The notes beneath the pieces are model-generated. The model saw only the letters and a program-made list of their open reading frames with translations, did not search any database and had not been told where the DNA came from. Shown here piece after piece: positions 48,867 to 60,500 of a stretch of 64,000 nt of DNA. Numbering within the stretch: the stretch's first letter is position 1; every line of letters begins with the position of its first letter. This stretch comes from Ignavibacteria bacterium (lineage in GTDB: Bacteria > Bacteroidota > Ignavibacteria > Kapaibacteriales > UBA4661): the NCBI GenBank assembly GCA_014654705.1, contig JACVZY010000104.1:16863-80862 (forward strand), read 5' to 3'. Both the position numbers and the translations under genes were made by a program.

Positions 48867-51800
48867 ATGAAAAAATGGATTGTTTCCGTGTTCTTGATGT
48901 GTGTCGCCGCCGCTTCCACAAGCGCTCCGTCGGATGCTCAAACCAAAGATGTATTTTTTGCCACCACTCCCGCCGTCAGTCCTGATGGGAAAACGGTCGT
49001 TTTTAGCTACGAAGGCGATTTGTGGAAGGTTGGCGTTGAGGGCGGTGCTGCCGTTCGCTTGACTGCTATGCAAGGCAGAGAGACCTTCCCACGCATTTCG
49101 CCCGACGGCAAATGGCTTGCGTTCTCGTCCACGCAGTACGGTAATAACGATGTCTTTGTCATGCCGATTGATGGCGGTGCTATCAAGCAACTCACCTTCC
49201 ACGAGGCGGGAGACCAAGTAGATTCGTGGTCGTGGGATTCCGAGCGTATTTATTTCACCTCGAACCGTTACAACAACTTTGCCAGCTACACAGTCAATGT
49301 CTCCGGCGGCACTCCAAAGCGGGTGTTTGAGCATTTTTTTAACACGGTGCATGGTATTGCGGAGCATCCCACAAGTGGCGAACTTTTTTTTACTGACACC
49401 TGGGAAAGCCGCCAGTTCGCTAATCGCAAGCGGTATAAAGGCGATTACAACCCCGATATAAAGTCGTATAATCCCAAAACCCGCGAGTACAAGGAATACA
49501 CCAATTATCGGGGCAAAGACTTCGGAACAACCATTGACAAGTCGGGAACGCTCTATTTTGTGTCCGACGAAGCAAATGGCGAGTTCAATCTTTATACCTT
49601 CAATGCCGGACAGAAAGCGCAACTCACGACATTTCCTACTTCCATAAAATACCCGTGCGTGAGTGCAAACGGCTCGGTGGTAGTTTTTGAACGAGATTAT
49701 CAACTCTGGGCGTATGATGTGGTTGCCAAAGCCGCACGAAAACTGCCCGTCACAGTATTTAACAACCAAACTCTGGAGCGCGAACAGGATTTCAGCACCA
49801 AAGGCGCAATCACGGATTTCAGCGTCTCGCCGGACAATAAAAAAATTGCCTTTGTCTCACGGGGCGAATTGTTTGTGTCGGACGTGAAAGGAAAATTTGT
49901 GCGCAATATCTCCGCAAACCCGCAAGAGCGCGTCGTGGAGGTCTATTGGACGGATAATAAAACGTTGCTCTTTAGCCGCACGGTGACATCGCTGGGTGGG
50001 TACACGAATTGGTTCACGGTAGCTGCTGACGGCATGGGTGCTGAAAAGCAGATAACAAGCGATGCGCGGAACAATCAAGCGCTGACGCTGAACAAAGACC
50101 GTACTAAAGCCGTCTATCAAAGCGGGCGCGAGGAAATACGCCTGCTCGACCTGAAAACGCAGCAGAGCCGCACCCTTGCCAAAGACGAGTTTTGGGCGCT
50201 TTATCCACAAACAGCGCGGTTTTCGCCCGATGATAAATATGTGGTCTTCACGGCGTATCGCAATTTCGAGCAAGATATTTTTGTGCACAACATTGCTGAG
50301 AATAAAACCCTGAACCTCACCAATACAGGCGTGAGCGAGACAAGTCCATTTTGGTCGCCCGACGGCAAGTACATTTATTTTGAAGCAAGCCGCACTAAAC
50401 CTTCGTATCCCTTTGGTGCGCCGGATGTTCACATTTGGCGAATGCCGTTAGAGAAAATCGAACGCGGTTACAAATCGGATAAGTTTGCAGAATTATTCAA
50501 GGAAGAAGCGAAAAAAGATGACAAAAAAGACGATAAAAAAGACGACGACAAAAAAGATGATAAAAAGGACGATAAAAAAGCAGAATCCAAGCCTGCCGTC
50601 ACAGTGAGCATCAATGCCGAAGGACTGATGCGGCGTTTGGAGCGTATTAGCCCTGAGTTTGGCTCGCAGTCGAACTCTTGGGTGATTCAGAAAGATGATA
50701 AAACAACGGTTTTGTATGTTTCTGACCACGCAGAAGGCAAAAACAACCTCTGGAAAACAGTGCTTACGCCCTTTGAAGCAAACAAAACCGAAAAAATAGC
50801 GGGCGCGGAGGTTGGCGGTTTTGACCTACGGGAAGCAGACGGCAAGTATTATTTGCTTGTGGCGGGGAATATCCACAAACTCGACCTTGAGGGCAATAAA
50901 ACGGAGTTGATTGATATTTCAACCACATTCCGGCGCGACCTGCAAAGCGAGTTCCGGCAAATGTTCCATGAACTTTGGGCAAATGTGGAAGAAAATTTTT
51001 ATTCCGATGATTTTCACGGACTGGATTGGAAGGCAACGCGCACGCGTTATGCGGCACTGCTTCCGATGCTTAATTCTCGTGCGGATTTGCGAACACTGCT
51101 TGGCGATATGCTTGGTGAACTGAACTCTTCGCATCTTGGTTTCAATAGCTCAGGACGCGAAGAAACCCAGTATTTCGGCACACGCACTCATGCGACAGGC
51201 ATCATATTCGACAACGACAAGCCATACACAGTGAAGTCTGTCGTGAAGCGCTCTCCGGCTGATGTGGCGGGCAAAGATATACGCCCCGGCGATGTGCTTG
51301 TGAAAGTAAACGGCGTGGCAGTAAACACCGCTCAGAATCGTGAGTTTTACTTTGTCAAACCCTCGCTGGATGACGAAATCGAACTGACTTTCGACCGTGC
51401 GGGCAAACAGATGAATGTCAAGCTGCATCCGCAGCCGTATTTTGCAATCAATGATTTGCTATACGACGAGTGGTTGGACGAGAACCAGCGCCGCGTGGAC
51501 GCTGCCAGCAAAGAGCGCATTGCCTACGCGCAGATGAAAAATATGGGACAAGGCGCGCTGGAGCAGTTTTTGATTGAAATGAATTCCGAACTGCACTACA
51601 AGGATGCTCTCATCCTCGATTTGCGCTATAACACCGGTGGAAACGTACACGACGAGGTACTGAGATTTCTGTCACAAAAGCCTTACTTGCAGTGGAAATA
51701 TCGTGGAGGCAAGTTCACGCCACAATCAAATTTTGCTCCGGCAGCAAAACCAATTGTCTTACTTATCAACGAGCAGACATTGAGCGATGGTGAGATGACC

Positions 51801-52067
51801 GCCACAGGATTCAAAGAACTGAAACTCGGCACGGTGATTGGCACAGAGACGTATCGGTGGATTATTTTTACAAGCGGCAAGGGATTGGTGGACGGCTCGT
51901 TCTATCGGCTGCCGTCGTGGGGATGCTACACGTTGGACGGAAAAAACATCGAAAAAGAGGGCGTAAAACCGGATATGTACGTCAAAACAACGTTCAAAGA
52001 CCGACTGGAAGGCGCAGATCCACAGCTTGACCGCGCCATTGAGCATATTATGAAACAACTGAAATAA
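48867..52067 (+). CDS. Tricorn protease homolog (peptidase S41 with PD40 propellers and PDZ)
   Basis: PD40 repeats (SPDGK), MLGELNSSH, ILDLRYNTGG, TLSDGE, EGVKPD. Confidence 0.95.
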   Translation: MKKWIVSVFLMCVAAASTSAPSDAQTKDVFFATTPAVSPDGKTVVFSYEGDLWKVGVEGGAAVRLTAMQGRETFPRISPDGKWLAFSSTQYGNNDVFVMPIDGGAIKQLTFHEAGDQVDSWSWDSERIYFTSNRYNNFASYTVNVSGGTPKRVFEHFFNTVHGIAEHPTSGELFFTDTWESRQFANRKRYKGDYNPDIKSYNPKTREYKEYTNYRGKDFGTTIDKSGTLYFVSDEANGEFNLYTFNAGQKAQLTTFPTSIKYPCVSANGSVVVFERDYQLWAYDVVAKAARKLPVTVFNNQTLEREQDFSTKGAITDFSVSPDNKKIAFVSRGELFVSDVKGKFVRNISANPQERVVEVYWTDNKTLLFSRTVTSLGGYTNWFTVAADGMGAEKQITSDARNNQALTLNKDRTKAVYQSGREEIRLLDLKTQQSRTLAKDEFWALYPQTARFSPDDKYVVFTAYRNFEQDIFVHNIAENKTLNLTNTGVSETSPFWSPDGKYIYFEASRTKPSYPFGAPDVHIWRMPLEKIERGYKSDKFAELFKEEAKKDDKKDDKKDDDKKDDKKDDKKAESKPAVTVSINAEGLMRRLERISPEFGSQSNSWVIQKDDKTTVLYVSDHAEGKNNLWKTVLTPFEANKTEKIAGAEVGGFDLREADGKYYLLVAGNIHKLDLEGNKTELIDISTTFRRDLQSEFRQMFHELWANVEENFYSDDFHGLDWKATRTRYAALLPMLNSRADLRTLLGDMLGELNSSHLGFNSSGREETQYFGTRTHATGIIFDNDKPYTVKSVVKRSPADVAGKDIRPGDVLVKVNGVAVNTAQNREFYFVKPSLDDEIELTFDRAGKQMNVKLHPQPYFAINDLLYDEWLDENQRRVDAASKERIAYAQMKNMGQGALEQFLIEMNSELHYKDALILDLRYNTGGNVHDEVLRFLSQKPYLQWKYRGGKFTPQSNFAPAAKPIVLLINEQTLSDGEMTATGFKELKLGTVIGTETYRWIIFTSGKGLVDGSFYRLPSWGCYTLDGKNIEKEGVKPDMYVKTTFKDRLEGADPQLDRAIEHIMKQLK
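50511..50580 (+). repeat. Low-complexity (KKDD)n linker inside tricorn
   Basis: About 5 degenerate copies of aaaaaagaygay. Confidence 0.8.
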
Positions 52068-52293
52068 CGTTGTTCGATTTCGTTGATACATGGCTACAAA
52101 CAAGAATGGCGGTGCACGACGCACCAAATCATGGTTGTAGCCATTTGTATTTCTTGTTTGTTATGCTTCTTGTCCACTCTCGCGGAAATACTTGCGCAAA
52201 CGCGAACAATTTTCCATATTCGCGGCACTTCCGCCTGCAGCGTAAGTAATGCCCTCTCTTTATTTTTTTTGTCAACTTCTATTCAAAACTCGC

Positions 52294-53064
52294 ATGAAAT
52301 GGGATTCTTCGCTTTATGACCGCCAACACTCGTTTGTTTTCAATTTTGGCAAAGACCTCTTGGGATTGCTCAATGCTCAAGCTGGTGAGCGCATACTCGA
52401 CCTCGGCTGTGGTACGGCGCACCTGACGCAGCAAATCGCTGAAACGGGCGCGATAGCTGTTGGTATGGACGCTTCGGCGGAAATGCTTCAAGATGGACGG
52501 CGTTTGTATCCGACATTGCCACTCTATGAGGCAGATGCGGCAAAGTTCTCTTTGGCGGATGTTGGTGCAGACGTGCCATTTGATGAGGTTTTCAGCAATG
52601 CTACGCTGCATTGGATTCCGAACGCGGAAGGCGTTGTGCGAAGCGTATATGCTGCCTTGAAGCCGCAGGGCAGATTTATTGCGGAGTTTGGCGGCAAAGG
52701 CAATGTGGCTCTCCTTCGCAAGGCAGCACGGGCGGCGCTGCTGGAACTGACGGGGCGCGATATTCCTGACACGTTTTATTTCCCTTCGCCTGCGGAATAT
52801 GCCACGCTTTTAGAAAAAAATGGTTTTCGTGTGGAAGCACTATGGCATTTCGACCGCCCAACACCACTTGAAGGTGCAGACGGTGCAGCAAACTGGCTAC
52901 GAATGTTCGGCGGGGCGATATTTCACGGCGTTGAGAGCGACGTTCGCGAGGCAGCGTGCCTGCGGGCGCAAGAACTCTTGCGGTCATCAGTGCTGTATAG
53001 TGAAGGCGCATGGACGGCGGATTATGTGCGCTTGCGCGTGGTGGCGCGGCGGATGAGCCAGTAA
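52294..53064 (+). CDS. Class I SAM-dependent methyltransferase (Tam-like)
   Basis: ILDLGCGT, FSNATLHW, EFGGKGN, ADYVRLR. Confidence 0.9.
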   Translation: MKWDSSLYDRQHSFVFNFGKDLLGLLNAQAGERILDLGCGTAHLTQQIAETGAIAVGMDASAEMLQDGRRLYPTLPLYEADAAKFSLADVGADVPFDEVFSNATLHWIPNAEGVVRSVYAALKPQGRFIAEFGGKGNVALLRKAARAALLELTGRDIPDTFYFPSPAEYATLLEKNGFRVEALWHFDRPTPLEGADGAANWLRMFGGAIFHGVESDVREAACLRAQELLRSSVLYSEGAWTADYVRLRVVARRMSQ

Positions 53065-53108
53065 GCATATTGCGAGGGAATCTATAGGGAAAAACAATCA
53101 ACAAAATT

Positions 53109-54008
53109 ATGATGGAATATCTTTATCAGAGTAATTCATTTATGGTACGGGCGGAGCTTCCTTTGTTGTTAAAAATATTAAAGTTAAAGCGGCAAAACGT
53201 GGTTGTTTTGTCTGCACTCATGTTGGTTTTTATTATGAGTCTTGCCGTGCTTCAAGATTGGATGTACTCCCTCCGCAATAGCAGTGCGTTCTATGTGACC
53301 GAATCCCTTCTTTTCAGGATTTTCTGGGTCTTGTTTTTGCCGATTTCGTATGGTGCGCTTTGGATGATGAGCAAGTACGGTGCTCGGTGGCAAGCAGAAT
53401 CTGTCTTCATGAAGGTTGTGTGTTTTGTGATCTTGGCTGTTGTTGCTCATGCGTTGCTGTTTTCTGTGCTTGTTTATGGCTTGTCTGCCGTTCTTTTTGA
53501 CCATACATATTCTATTATCGGCAATTTAAGTTATACGCTTACGACTGATGTTGTTATCTATTTCCTTCTGTACGGACTGATTGGTGTGCTGTACTTTCGG
53601 CTGCGAGATTCTCAAGAGCCGCTTCCTCTTAAGGAAAATATTGCAGAGCAACATGGCTCTACGACTGCCGTTGAGCGAATTGTTATTAGTACGGCAAAAA
53701 GCTACGTCGCCGTATCGGTGGATGATATTTGCTGCATAACCGCCGCCGCGCCGTACATTGCTATTCACACCCACGACAAAGAATATCTTCACTCCGACAC
53801 ATTAAAAGCACTACACGCCACCTTACCTCACCAGTACTTTGTACGAATACATAAATCAACCGTTGTCAATATTCGGAAGGTTGTTTCCTACACCTCAAGG
53901 CTCAATGGCGATTACGATATTCTCCTTGCCAATAACCGCGAGGTGCGCTTGAGCAGGAATTATGCCAAAGAATTTAAGACGCGCCTTGAGAAAATATCCT
54001 CAGCATGA
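53109..54008 (+). CDS. Membrane-anchored LytTR domain regulator
   Basis: 4 TM segments then FVRIHKSTVVN...LSRNY; exact start uncertain. Confidence 0.85.
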   Translation: MMEYLYQSNSFMVRAELPLLLKILKLKRQNVVVLSALMLVFIMSLAVLQDWMYSLRNSSAFYVTESLLFRIFWVLFLPISYGALWMMSKYGARWQAESVFMKVVCFVILAVVAHALLFSVLVYGLSAVLFDHTYSIIGNLSYTLTTDVVIYFLLYGLIGVLYFRLRDSQEPLPLKENIAEQHGSTTAVERIVISTAKSYVAVSVDDICCITAAAPYIAIHTHDKEYLHSDTLKALHATLPHQYFVRIHKSTVVNIRKVVSYTSRLNGDYDILLANNREVRLSRNYAKEFKTRLEKISSA

Positions 54009-54148
54009 CAAACGGTATGACGAGTTCATAATGGATGCACCTCATCTTGCCATACAATTTCATCAGGACACCGCAGACGAGTTGCAAAGCCTCTGATAGC
54101 GGCGGTATATTGTGCGAAAACATTTTTTACCACAAAAATCTTTTCGTC

Positions 54149-55387
54149 ATGAGTACCCAAATGATTACCAAAAAAATCTACTTCCACGTGTTCGTCATTC
54201 TCCTTTTTGTGTGCACTTCTGCGACGATTGGAAACGCTCAGATTGGAAACGTTCAGATTGGAAGTGCTCAACATCGTACATCGGTCGTTGGCGAGGGCTG
54301 CGACGGGTGCGAATTGATGTACGTTGGGATGCCAAAACACATTAAAGCCGTTGATACAAGCGCAGGTTGGCGGGAATCTGGAACGAAGCTGCTCTTGACC
54401 GGAAAAGTCTATCAAGCAGACGGTAGAACACCGGCGGCAAATGTCATTCTTTATTATTGGCATACGGATAATAACGGTTATTATTCACCTCGCGCCGGCA
54501 TGGATGAACGCGCAAAGCAGCACGGTCACATACGAGGATGGATAAAAACCGATGCCGAAGGGAACTACGCGCTGTACACGATTCGCCCTAAAGCCTATCC
54601 CAATCGCACCATTCCGCAGCATATCCATTTTGCTATCAAAGAACCCACCATTGCCAACGAATACTATATTGACGATATCGTCTTTGATGACGACCCGCTC
54701 CTTCTTCCTGATCTGAAGCGTCATCCACCCCAAAAACGAGGCGGTAGCGGTATTGTGAGGATTGTGCTGGCGGGGAATCTCCATGTAGCGGAGCATCCAA
54801 TCGTTTTGGGGATGAACATACCGAATTATCCTACCCTTGCCCTGAAAAACACTCGCTCAGGGTTGCAGAATGGAGATGACAGTCCTTCCTTTATGCCATT
54901 TCATGCGTGGGGACCCGATGCAGGAACAAGAGCCTGTCCGGTCTGCAAATACGGGCGTTTTCACGGTATTTTATACTTTGTGGGCAATAAACCGAATTGG
55001 GAAGAAATCAAGCAATGGCTGGTATTTCTGGAAGACGAAAGCCTAAAACGCGGCAACGAGTTAAAGGTCTATTTCATCTACGGTAATGAAATTGGCTATT
55101 CTGCCGAGCAACGAAAAGGAGCGCTGGCGAGTATAGGAAAAGAACTGCGCTTATCAAAAATCGCACTTACCTTTGTACCCTCTCTGAGCGATGCAGAAAG
55201 CGAAGTTCATCTGAACAAGATAAATCCTGATGCAGAAAACACGTTTATCATATACAACCATCGAAAAATTGTGGACACCTTCACTAACCTCAAACCCTCG
55301 GCTGCCAGTTTTACTCAGATTCGCCAAACGTTGGAGAGAACCAAAGGGAAGTATTTTCACTTATTGGCACCATCGCATAGTCGATAA
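54149..55387 (+). CDS. Secreted intradiol ring-cleavage dioxygenase-like protein with thioredoxin-like C-terminal domain
   Basis: LTGKVY, WHTDNNGYY, TIRPKAYP, PQHIH; CDGC and CPVC motifs. Confidence 0.8.
   Translation: MSTQMITKKIYFHVFVILLFVCTSATIGNAQIGNVQIGSAQHRTSVVGEGCDGCELMYVGMPKHIKAVDTSAGWRESGTKLLLTGKVYQADGRTPAANVILYYWHTDNNGYYSPRAGMDERAKQHGHIRGWIKTDAEGNYALYTIRPKAYPNRTIPQHIHFAIKEPTIANEYYIDDIVFDDDPLLLPDLKRHPPQKRGGSGIVRIVLAGNLHVAEHPIVLGMNIPNYPTLALKNTRSGLQNGDDSPSFMPFHAWGPDAGTRACPVCKYGRFHGILYFVGNKPNWEEIKQWLVFLEDESLKRGNELKVYFIYGNEIGYSAEQRKGALASIGKELRLSKIALTFVPSLSDAESEVHLNKINPDAENTFIIYNHRKIVDTFTNLKPSAASFTQIRQTLERTKGKYFHLLAPSHSR
54227..54271 (+). repeat. 15-bp tandem repeat x3 (IGNAQ/IGNVQ/IGSAQ)
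   Basis: attggaaacgctcag attggaaacgttcag attggaagtgctcaa. Confidence 0.85.
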
Positions 55388-55397
55388 CGCGGCTATA

Positions 55398-57461
55398 TTA
55401 TTTGCCAATTTTTTCCAGTATCTCCAGCGAGATCAGCCGTTGTTGTGTTGTGATATCTTCGTTGCTAGATTGCTCTTTGGCGGCATCGGAAGGAATGAAG
55501 ACAATTGCTGCGGGCGGCATACCAAGTTTTGTCGCAAGTTGTGATTGCAAGCGTGTTGTCCAGAGTGCAGGTGAGCCAATAACTCGTACTTGTGCGTCGG
55601 GTTGGCGTGATGAGTATTCCGCAAATACGGTGTTTTCGAGATTGTCTTCAAGAATTATCCTATATTTTTCGAGACGATACCGCGGAGAGCTTGATTGCGT
55701 GAAATCTCTATCCACACTCACTTCCACAGGGACAGCATCAATAGTGCGATTCGCAATATCTGTTGCTTCTACATGGATATTGATTGGATTGCCAGCGCCT
55801 GGCAAAGAGCCGCTTTCTTCGTTCATATTCCACCGAATGCTGCGGGGGAAATCCTTGCTGCCCTTGAACAAGCCGAGCGTCCGAATTTCGCGGTCTTCAA
55901 ACTGCGAAATTTCTAACATCCATTCTTTTAAGCCTTGCCCTGAGCGAATATCCATTTCAATGATGAGCAAAGCAATATTGGGGAGAAGTACAATGGATTC
56001 GCTGCGGAGGGGCTGCAAAATTTCGGGCGAGTTGGACTGGAAGACGATTGTTCGTGCCAGCAATGGTGATGCTTGGGATGATTGTTCGCTTGGTGATAAG
56101 CGGACTTCTTTGCCTTGAATACGTTCCGGTGCGACGTTCCAGACGGCTTGTAAATACTCGCGTACAGAACGTATGCGAGCCTCTGCAACCGGAGAAATGC
56201 TGGTCGTGGGTGTATCCTCTTGTAAAGAGCAGATAACAGTAAGGCTTGCGGCGGGATATTCCGTAAGGCGTTTACCTACAATGTTGAGCGTCTGCGATGC
56301 GATAATTGGAGCGGATTGCGTACACAGCTGCTCTGTCGAAAAGCCTTTTGTGGCTTGCGCTGAAATCCGTTTGTAGGCTGCCGGAATAATGCTGGAGGCA
56401 TCATTGAAGGTTATCGAAGGCTGCCATTGAATAATGCGAGAAACGAGTGTTTTTTCTACGGTAATGCGCGGATTGCTGATGGTTTTGCCGGAAAAAGTTG
56501 TTCCGCTTACACCGACAATTGATGCTGAAAGACCGCTTTGTTTCAATTCTTTGAGTTCTTCTTGTATTTTTGTCCGTTCGCTTACAACGGCTTTTTCTAT
56601 TTCTTGTATTCGCTGCAAACGTGATTCTATTTCGCTCAAAGCCTTCTCGCGTTCAGGATAATAGCGGACTGCCAGCCCTGCTTTTAGGCTGTTCACACGC
56701 CACCACTCATCGTCAGGTCTGTCCATGCGTTGAAACACATTGAATGCGCCCACATCACCCAAAACACGTAGTTCCACCGAGAAAGCCCGAGTATTGCCAA
56801 GAGCGAACTCCACACCGAAACCTCCAGTCAGCGCTGCGTTGAAGTTCGCAATGCCAAGATTCCTTACTTCTGGCAATTCTCCGCGCAGTTCATTACGCAC
56901 CCGTAAGCCGTTTTCAAATGCGCCGTCAGTTTCGGGTTGCATTTCCTCGCGCTGGTAATAGTTTTTTTGGAATGCAAAATCACCTCGCAAGCCAGCATAC
57001 AAGTTGAGTCCTTGAATTGGTGTAATGCCAAAAATCAATTCCGGTCCGATAGTTTGCAAAAAAGCATCCATTTTGCGGGACGAAAATAATGTTGTTTCCG
57101 TACCGTCGGAACGACCTGCGGGAGTAGCAATAATGGGAGATTCCAAAAGTCCGCTTTTGTCGTAGAAATTCAAATGTACGCCAAGATTTAACCACGAGAG
57201 CAATGGAAATTCTGCAAATACACCGCCGTTTCCATGGAAGCCAACACCAGCAACATAGCTATAATCAAGGTTTGCAGCTCCGTTATCAATCGTTTCTCGG
57301 ATGCCGCCCGGCATAGACAGAAAGCGTACAGTATGCAGGTTGACGCCCACATTACCGCTCAAACCATACCGCACACCGCCCTGCAAAGCTGATGTTTCCT
57401 GTGCTTTGGCAGCCAAAAGCGCGAAAAAAAGTATGAAGCAGAAGGAAGGAATAATACGCAT
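55398..57461 (-). CDS. Outer-membrane beta-barrel (PorT/OMP_b-brl-like) fused to a coiled coil and degenerate OmpA-like periplasmic domains
   Basis: Signal peptide AKA|Q; barrel ending LKAGLAVRY; LNIVGKRL.EYP...AEARIRSVREYLQAVW.V..ERI OmpA-like segment. Confidence 0.65.
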   Translation of the reverse strand: MRIIPSFCFILFFALLAAKAQETSALQGGVRYGLSGNVGVNLHTVRFLSMPGGIRETIDNGAANLDYSYVAGVGFHGNGGVFAEFPLLSWLNLGVHLNFYDKSGLLESPIIATPAGRSDGTETTLFSSRKMDAFLQTIGPELIFGITPIQGLNLYAGLRGDFAFQKNYYQREEMQPETDGAFENGLRVRNELRGELPEVRNLGIANFNAALTGGFGVEFALGNTRAFSVELRVLGDVGAFNVFQRMDRPDDEWWRVNSLKAGLAVRYYPEREKALSEIESRLQRIQEIEKAVVSERTKIQEELKELKQSGLSASIVGVSGTTFSGKTISNPRITVEKTLVSRIIQWQPSITFNDASSIIPAAYKRISAQATKGFSTEQLCTQSAPIIASQTLNIVGKRLTEYPAASLTVICSLQEDTPTTSISPVAEARIRSVREYLQAVWNVAPERIQGKEVRLSPSEQSSQASPLLARTIVFQSNSPEILQPLRSESIVLLPNIALLIIEMDIRSGQGLKEWMLEISQFEDREIRTLGLFKGSKDFPRSIRWNMNEESGSLPGAGNPINIHVEATDIANRTIDAVPVEVSVDRDFTQSSSPRYRLEKYRIILEDNLENTVFAEYSSRQPDAQVRVIGSPALWTTRLQSQLATKLGMPPAAIVFIPSDAAKEQSSNEDITTQQRLISLEILEKIGK

Positions 57462-57528
57462 TGTACGAAATGATGAAGAGTGAAGATTATCGTCTATCCC
57501 AACGATGAAGGATAATGATTTTTGGGGA

Positions 57529-60500
57529 TTAACGAATGACGGAAATAGTACGAATGGTGCGGCTCTGAGATGTTGCAAGAACAAGAAAATACGTGCCTGT
57601 CGGAACGCCACTCAGCGAAAAATTCGTTTGATAACGTCCTTTTGCTTGTGCCTCAGTGAATATTTCTTTGACCGTTTGACCAAAGATATTCGTGAGTGAA
57701 AGCGTGATTTCTGCTTGTTCGGCAAGTTCGTACTCAATGAAAGCCTCTTGTGGTGCGGGGTTTGGAGTAAGTGTAAGAATTGTCGGTGCACCCTGCGAAC
57801 GGTAGAGGCGCGTTCCATTGCCTGTAAACAAGCCCTGCGCCGTAAATACACCGCTTTCAGGCATAACAACTATTGCATCGCTCGGTGTGGACTGGATATT
57901 GGTGAGCATAAGCGGCGTAGCAGCGTTATTCCCCAGAACAACGCGAAAACGTGCGGTTGCGAGCGCCTGCCCGGGCGAATTTGTGAGTGAAAAGCGTATC
58001 GGAAGCTGCCGCTCACCGTTGGAAACCGATGAAATCTGCCGCTCTTGTTCGGTAAGCGGCATTAACATCGAAGCATTAAACCGTAGAAAGCCGCTTACAG
58101 ACTTGCGCTCACGAAGATTACCAGCCAAAGACCGCAAAATTATCGGCACTTCTACCGTATCGCCAATGCGGGCTTTGAGCGTGTCGGGAATGGAGAGAAT
58201 AGCGCGGGGCGCATCGGAAGGAAGCTGAAGCGAAGTCGAAATTACCGCACCGCCGCGCAATCCGGCATAGAGGTCGGTTCCATTTGCCGAAAATAGCGAA
58301 TATACCTGCGCTTCCTCGCCGACAATTCCGTCGTTCACAGCCTGCCACGTATCGCCATTGTCCGCCGTGCGCCAGACACCATTGCCGTCTGTCGCCACGT
58401 ACAGCACACCATCAATACTCTGCATGGAGGTTGGTTTTTCCGAGAGAGCAGGAAATGCGAGTAGTTCCCAGCTTGAACCATTATTGCGACTGCGAAAGAG
58501 TCCGGCAAATGTGCCCACAAAAATCGCATTATTGTTGGTGAAAATACTGTATGCATCTTGTGAAGCGGCATTGGAGGTGGGAAGATTCATCAGAGTCCAC
58601 GTTCTGCCGTCATCATCGGAGCGAAACGTGCCACTGCCTCGTGTTGCCGCAAAAATACTTGTTCCCAAGCCTTCTGTAATCGCCGCAACGGGCTTGGAAG
58701 CACCCGCAATCCTGAGTAAGCGCCACGCAAAACCGTTTTGCGATTGCCATATGTGTCCGCTGTCGGCACCTGCATACAGAGCGCGTTCCGTGCTTATCAG
58801 CCCGAAAAACGGGTTGCGGTCATTATCTAGTCCTACGCTGTCTTCCAGCACCTTCGACCACGTCAAACCGTTATCGGCTGAGCGGTACACACCTGGAGTG
58901 ATGCCGTTTCCGGGATTGTAACTGTCAAATGATGTTGCATAGACGATTCCTGCGCGACTGACGAGATTGAACAGCGACCGCGCCGAAAGACCGCTATTAG
59001 CGAGTTGCCACGTTACGCCATTATCCACAGACCTGTACACACCGCTTCCAAGTGTGCCCGCCAGCAAAAAACCACGTATTTCCTTGATTGCCGTAACAAC
59101 TGCACCCGTAAGACCTGTACTAACGGGCTGCCACGCTTCGCCGCCGTTGGTGGAGCGAAAAATTCCTGCTGTTGTTCCCGCATACAATTCCGCTTCGCTT
59201 GCCGCAAGCGTTTGGACGGTTTGTTCGGTCAAGCCGCGAATAAGTCTGCGCCACGTTTGTCCGGCATCGTCGGAGCGATAGACGCCATCGAAGGTTGAGG
59301 CGAAAACAGATGTGCGACTTACAACAATTTGCGAGACGGTATCTCGAATAAGCTCATTGGTGGATTGTGATTTTTGTACTTGCTCCCACGCAATTTGTGG
59401 CGGGCGTTTGAGGAAGATTCCGCGTCCTGCTGTGGCGGCGAAAATAGTTGCGCCTTGATTTCTGTCGCGCAAAACGGCAAAACCGAGTATTGGTGAGCTT
59501 CCTACGCTGAAGTTTTGTTCTCGTAGCCATGTTTGACCGTTATCCTGCGACGTGATAATGACACTTGCTTGCGAAGTCGTATCCGTCGCGCTAAGAAGTA
59601 GAAGCGGAATAGCAATACTCTGCGGGGTTGGTTCGGCAAAAACAATGTTTAATTTCAAGCCCGCAAAGGCAGGGCTTGTCAAGCGTTCCCATGTATCGCC
59701 GCTGCTGCGTGAGAGCCAAAGTTCGCCGTTGGCGCAAGCGTAGATAGTATTGCGTGTCGAACTCAAGCCTGAAATATTGGCATTTGCAAGTTGAGCCGCA
59801 TTTTTACGCCATGTTCTACCGTTGTCCTGCGTGCGAAAGAGACCTTCATCTGTTCCTGCAAAGGCAGCATTTTCTGTTGCTGTAAGAGCGCGAATGACAA
59901 GAGAGCTGTTCGCATCTAATCCGCTTGAAGCCTGCAACCATGCGGCTCCAGCAGCGCTCGACCGATAGACACCCGTGAGTGTTCCGGCAAAAATTGTTTG
60001 GTTGGGCGCAATAGCAAGGCTTTGAACGCTTGCGCTGAAGGGACCACTTGCTGGCTTCCAGAAAATAGCCGGCAATGCCGTTGCTGAAAGCGGAAGTATT
60101 ACTTCCCGTGCACCACTGAGTGCTGTGAGTGTTCCCGAAAGTTTTCCTGTTCCAGTAGGAATACAACGAACCAGAACAGAGATGCGACCACTACTGGCTT
60201 GGAGTTGTGTCGGTGAAATGATGAGGTTATCTGAGAACGAAGGCAAAGATACTTGCGCCAGAGCACATTGAAAACCGCCGGATGCAGACAAAACTAATGG
60301 AGTAGAAGTTTCCGAGACAGTGAAGACGCACGTGGCAACGGTAGATTCACCAAAAAGGACAGGCGGAAACGTCAGCATTGATGGACTTGCTGCGATGGTT
60401 TGCCCCGAGGTGGATGAGGTGTAAGAAGCCGTCCAACCACGTTCTTGTACATTGCTGTTGGTGCGGAAACGCAGCAGTAATGAGCCTCCTGAACTGGTAA

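Noticed and set aside
50511-50580. Phase-variable tract in tricorn
   Set aside because: In-frame, synonymously varied KKDD linker typical of tricorn homologs
54000-54065. LytTR direct-repeat operator (ttcat/ctcat motifs)
   Set aside because: Spacing is irregular (16-18 nt) rather than about two helical turns
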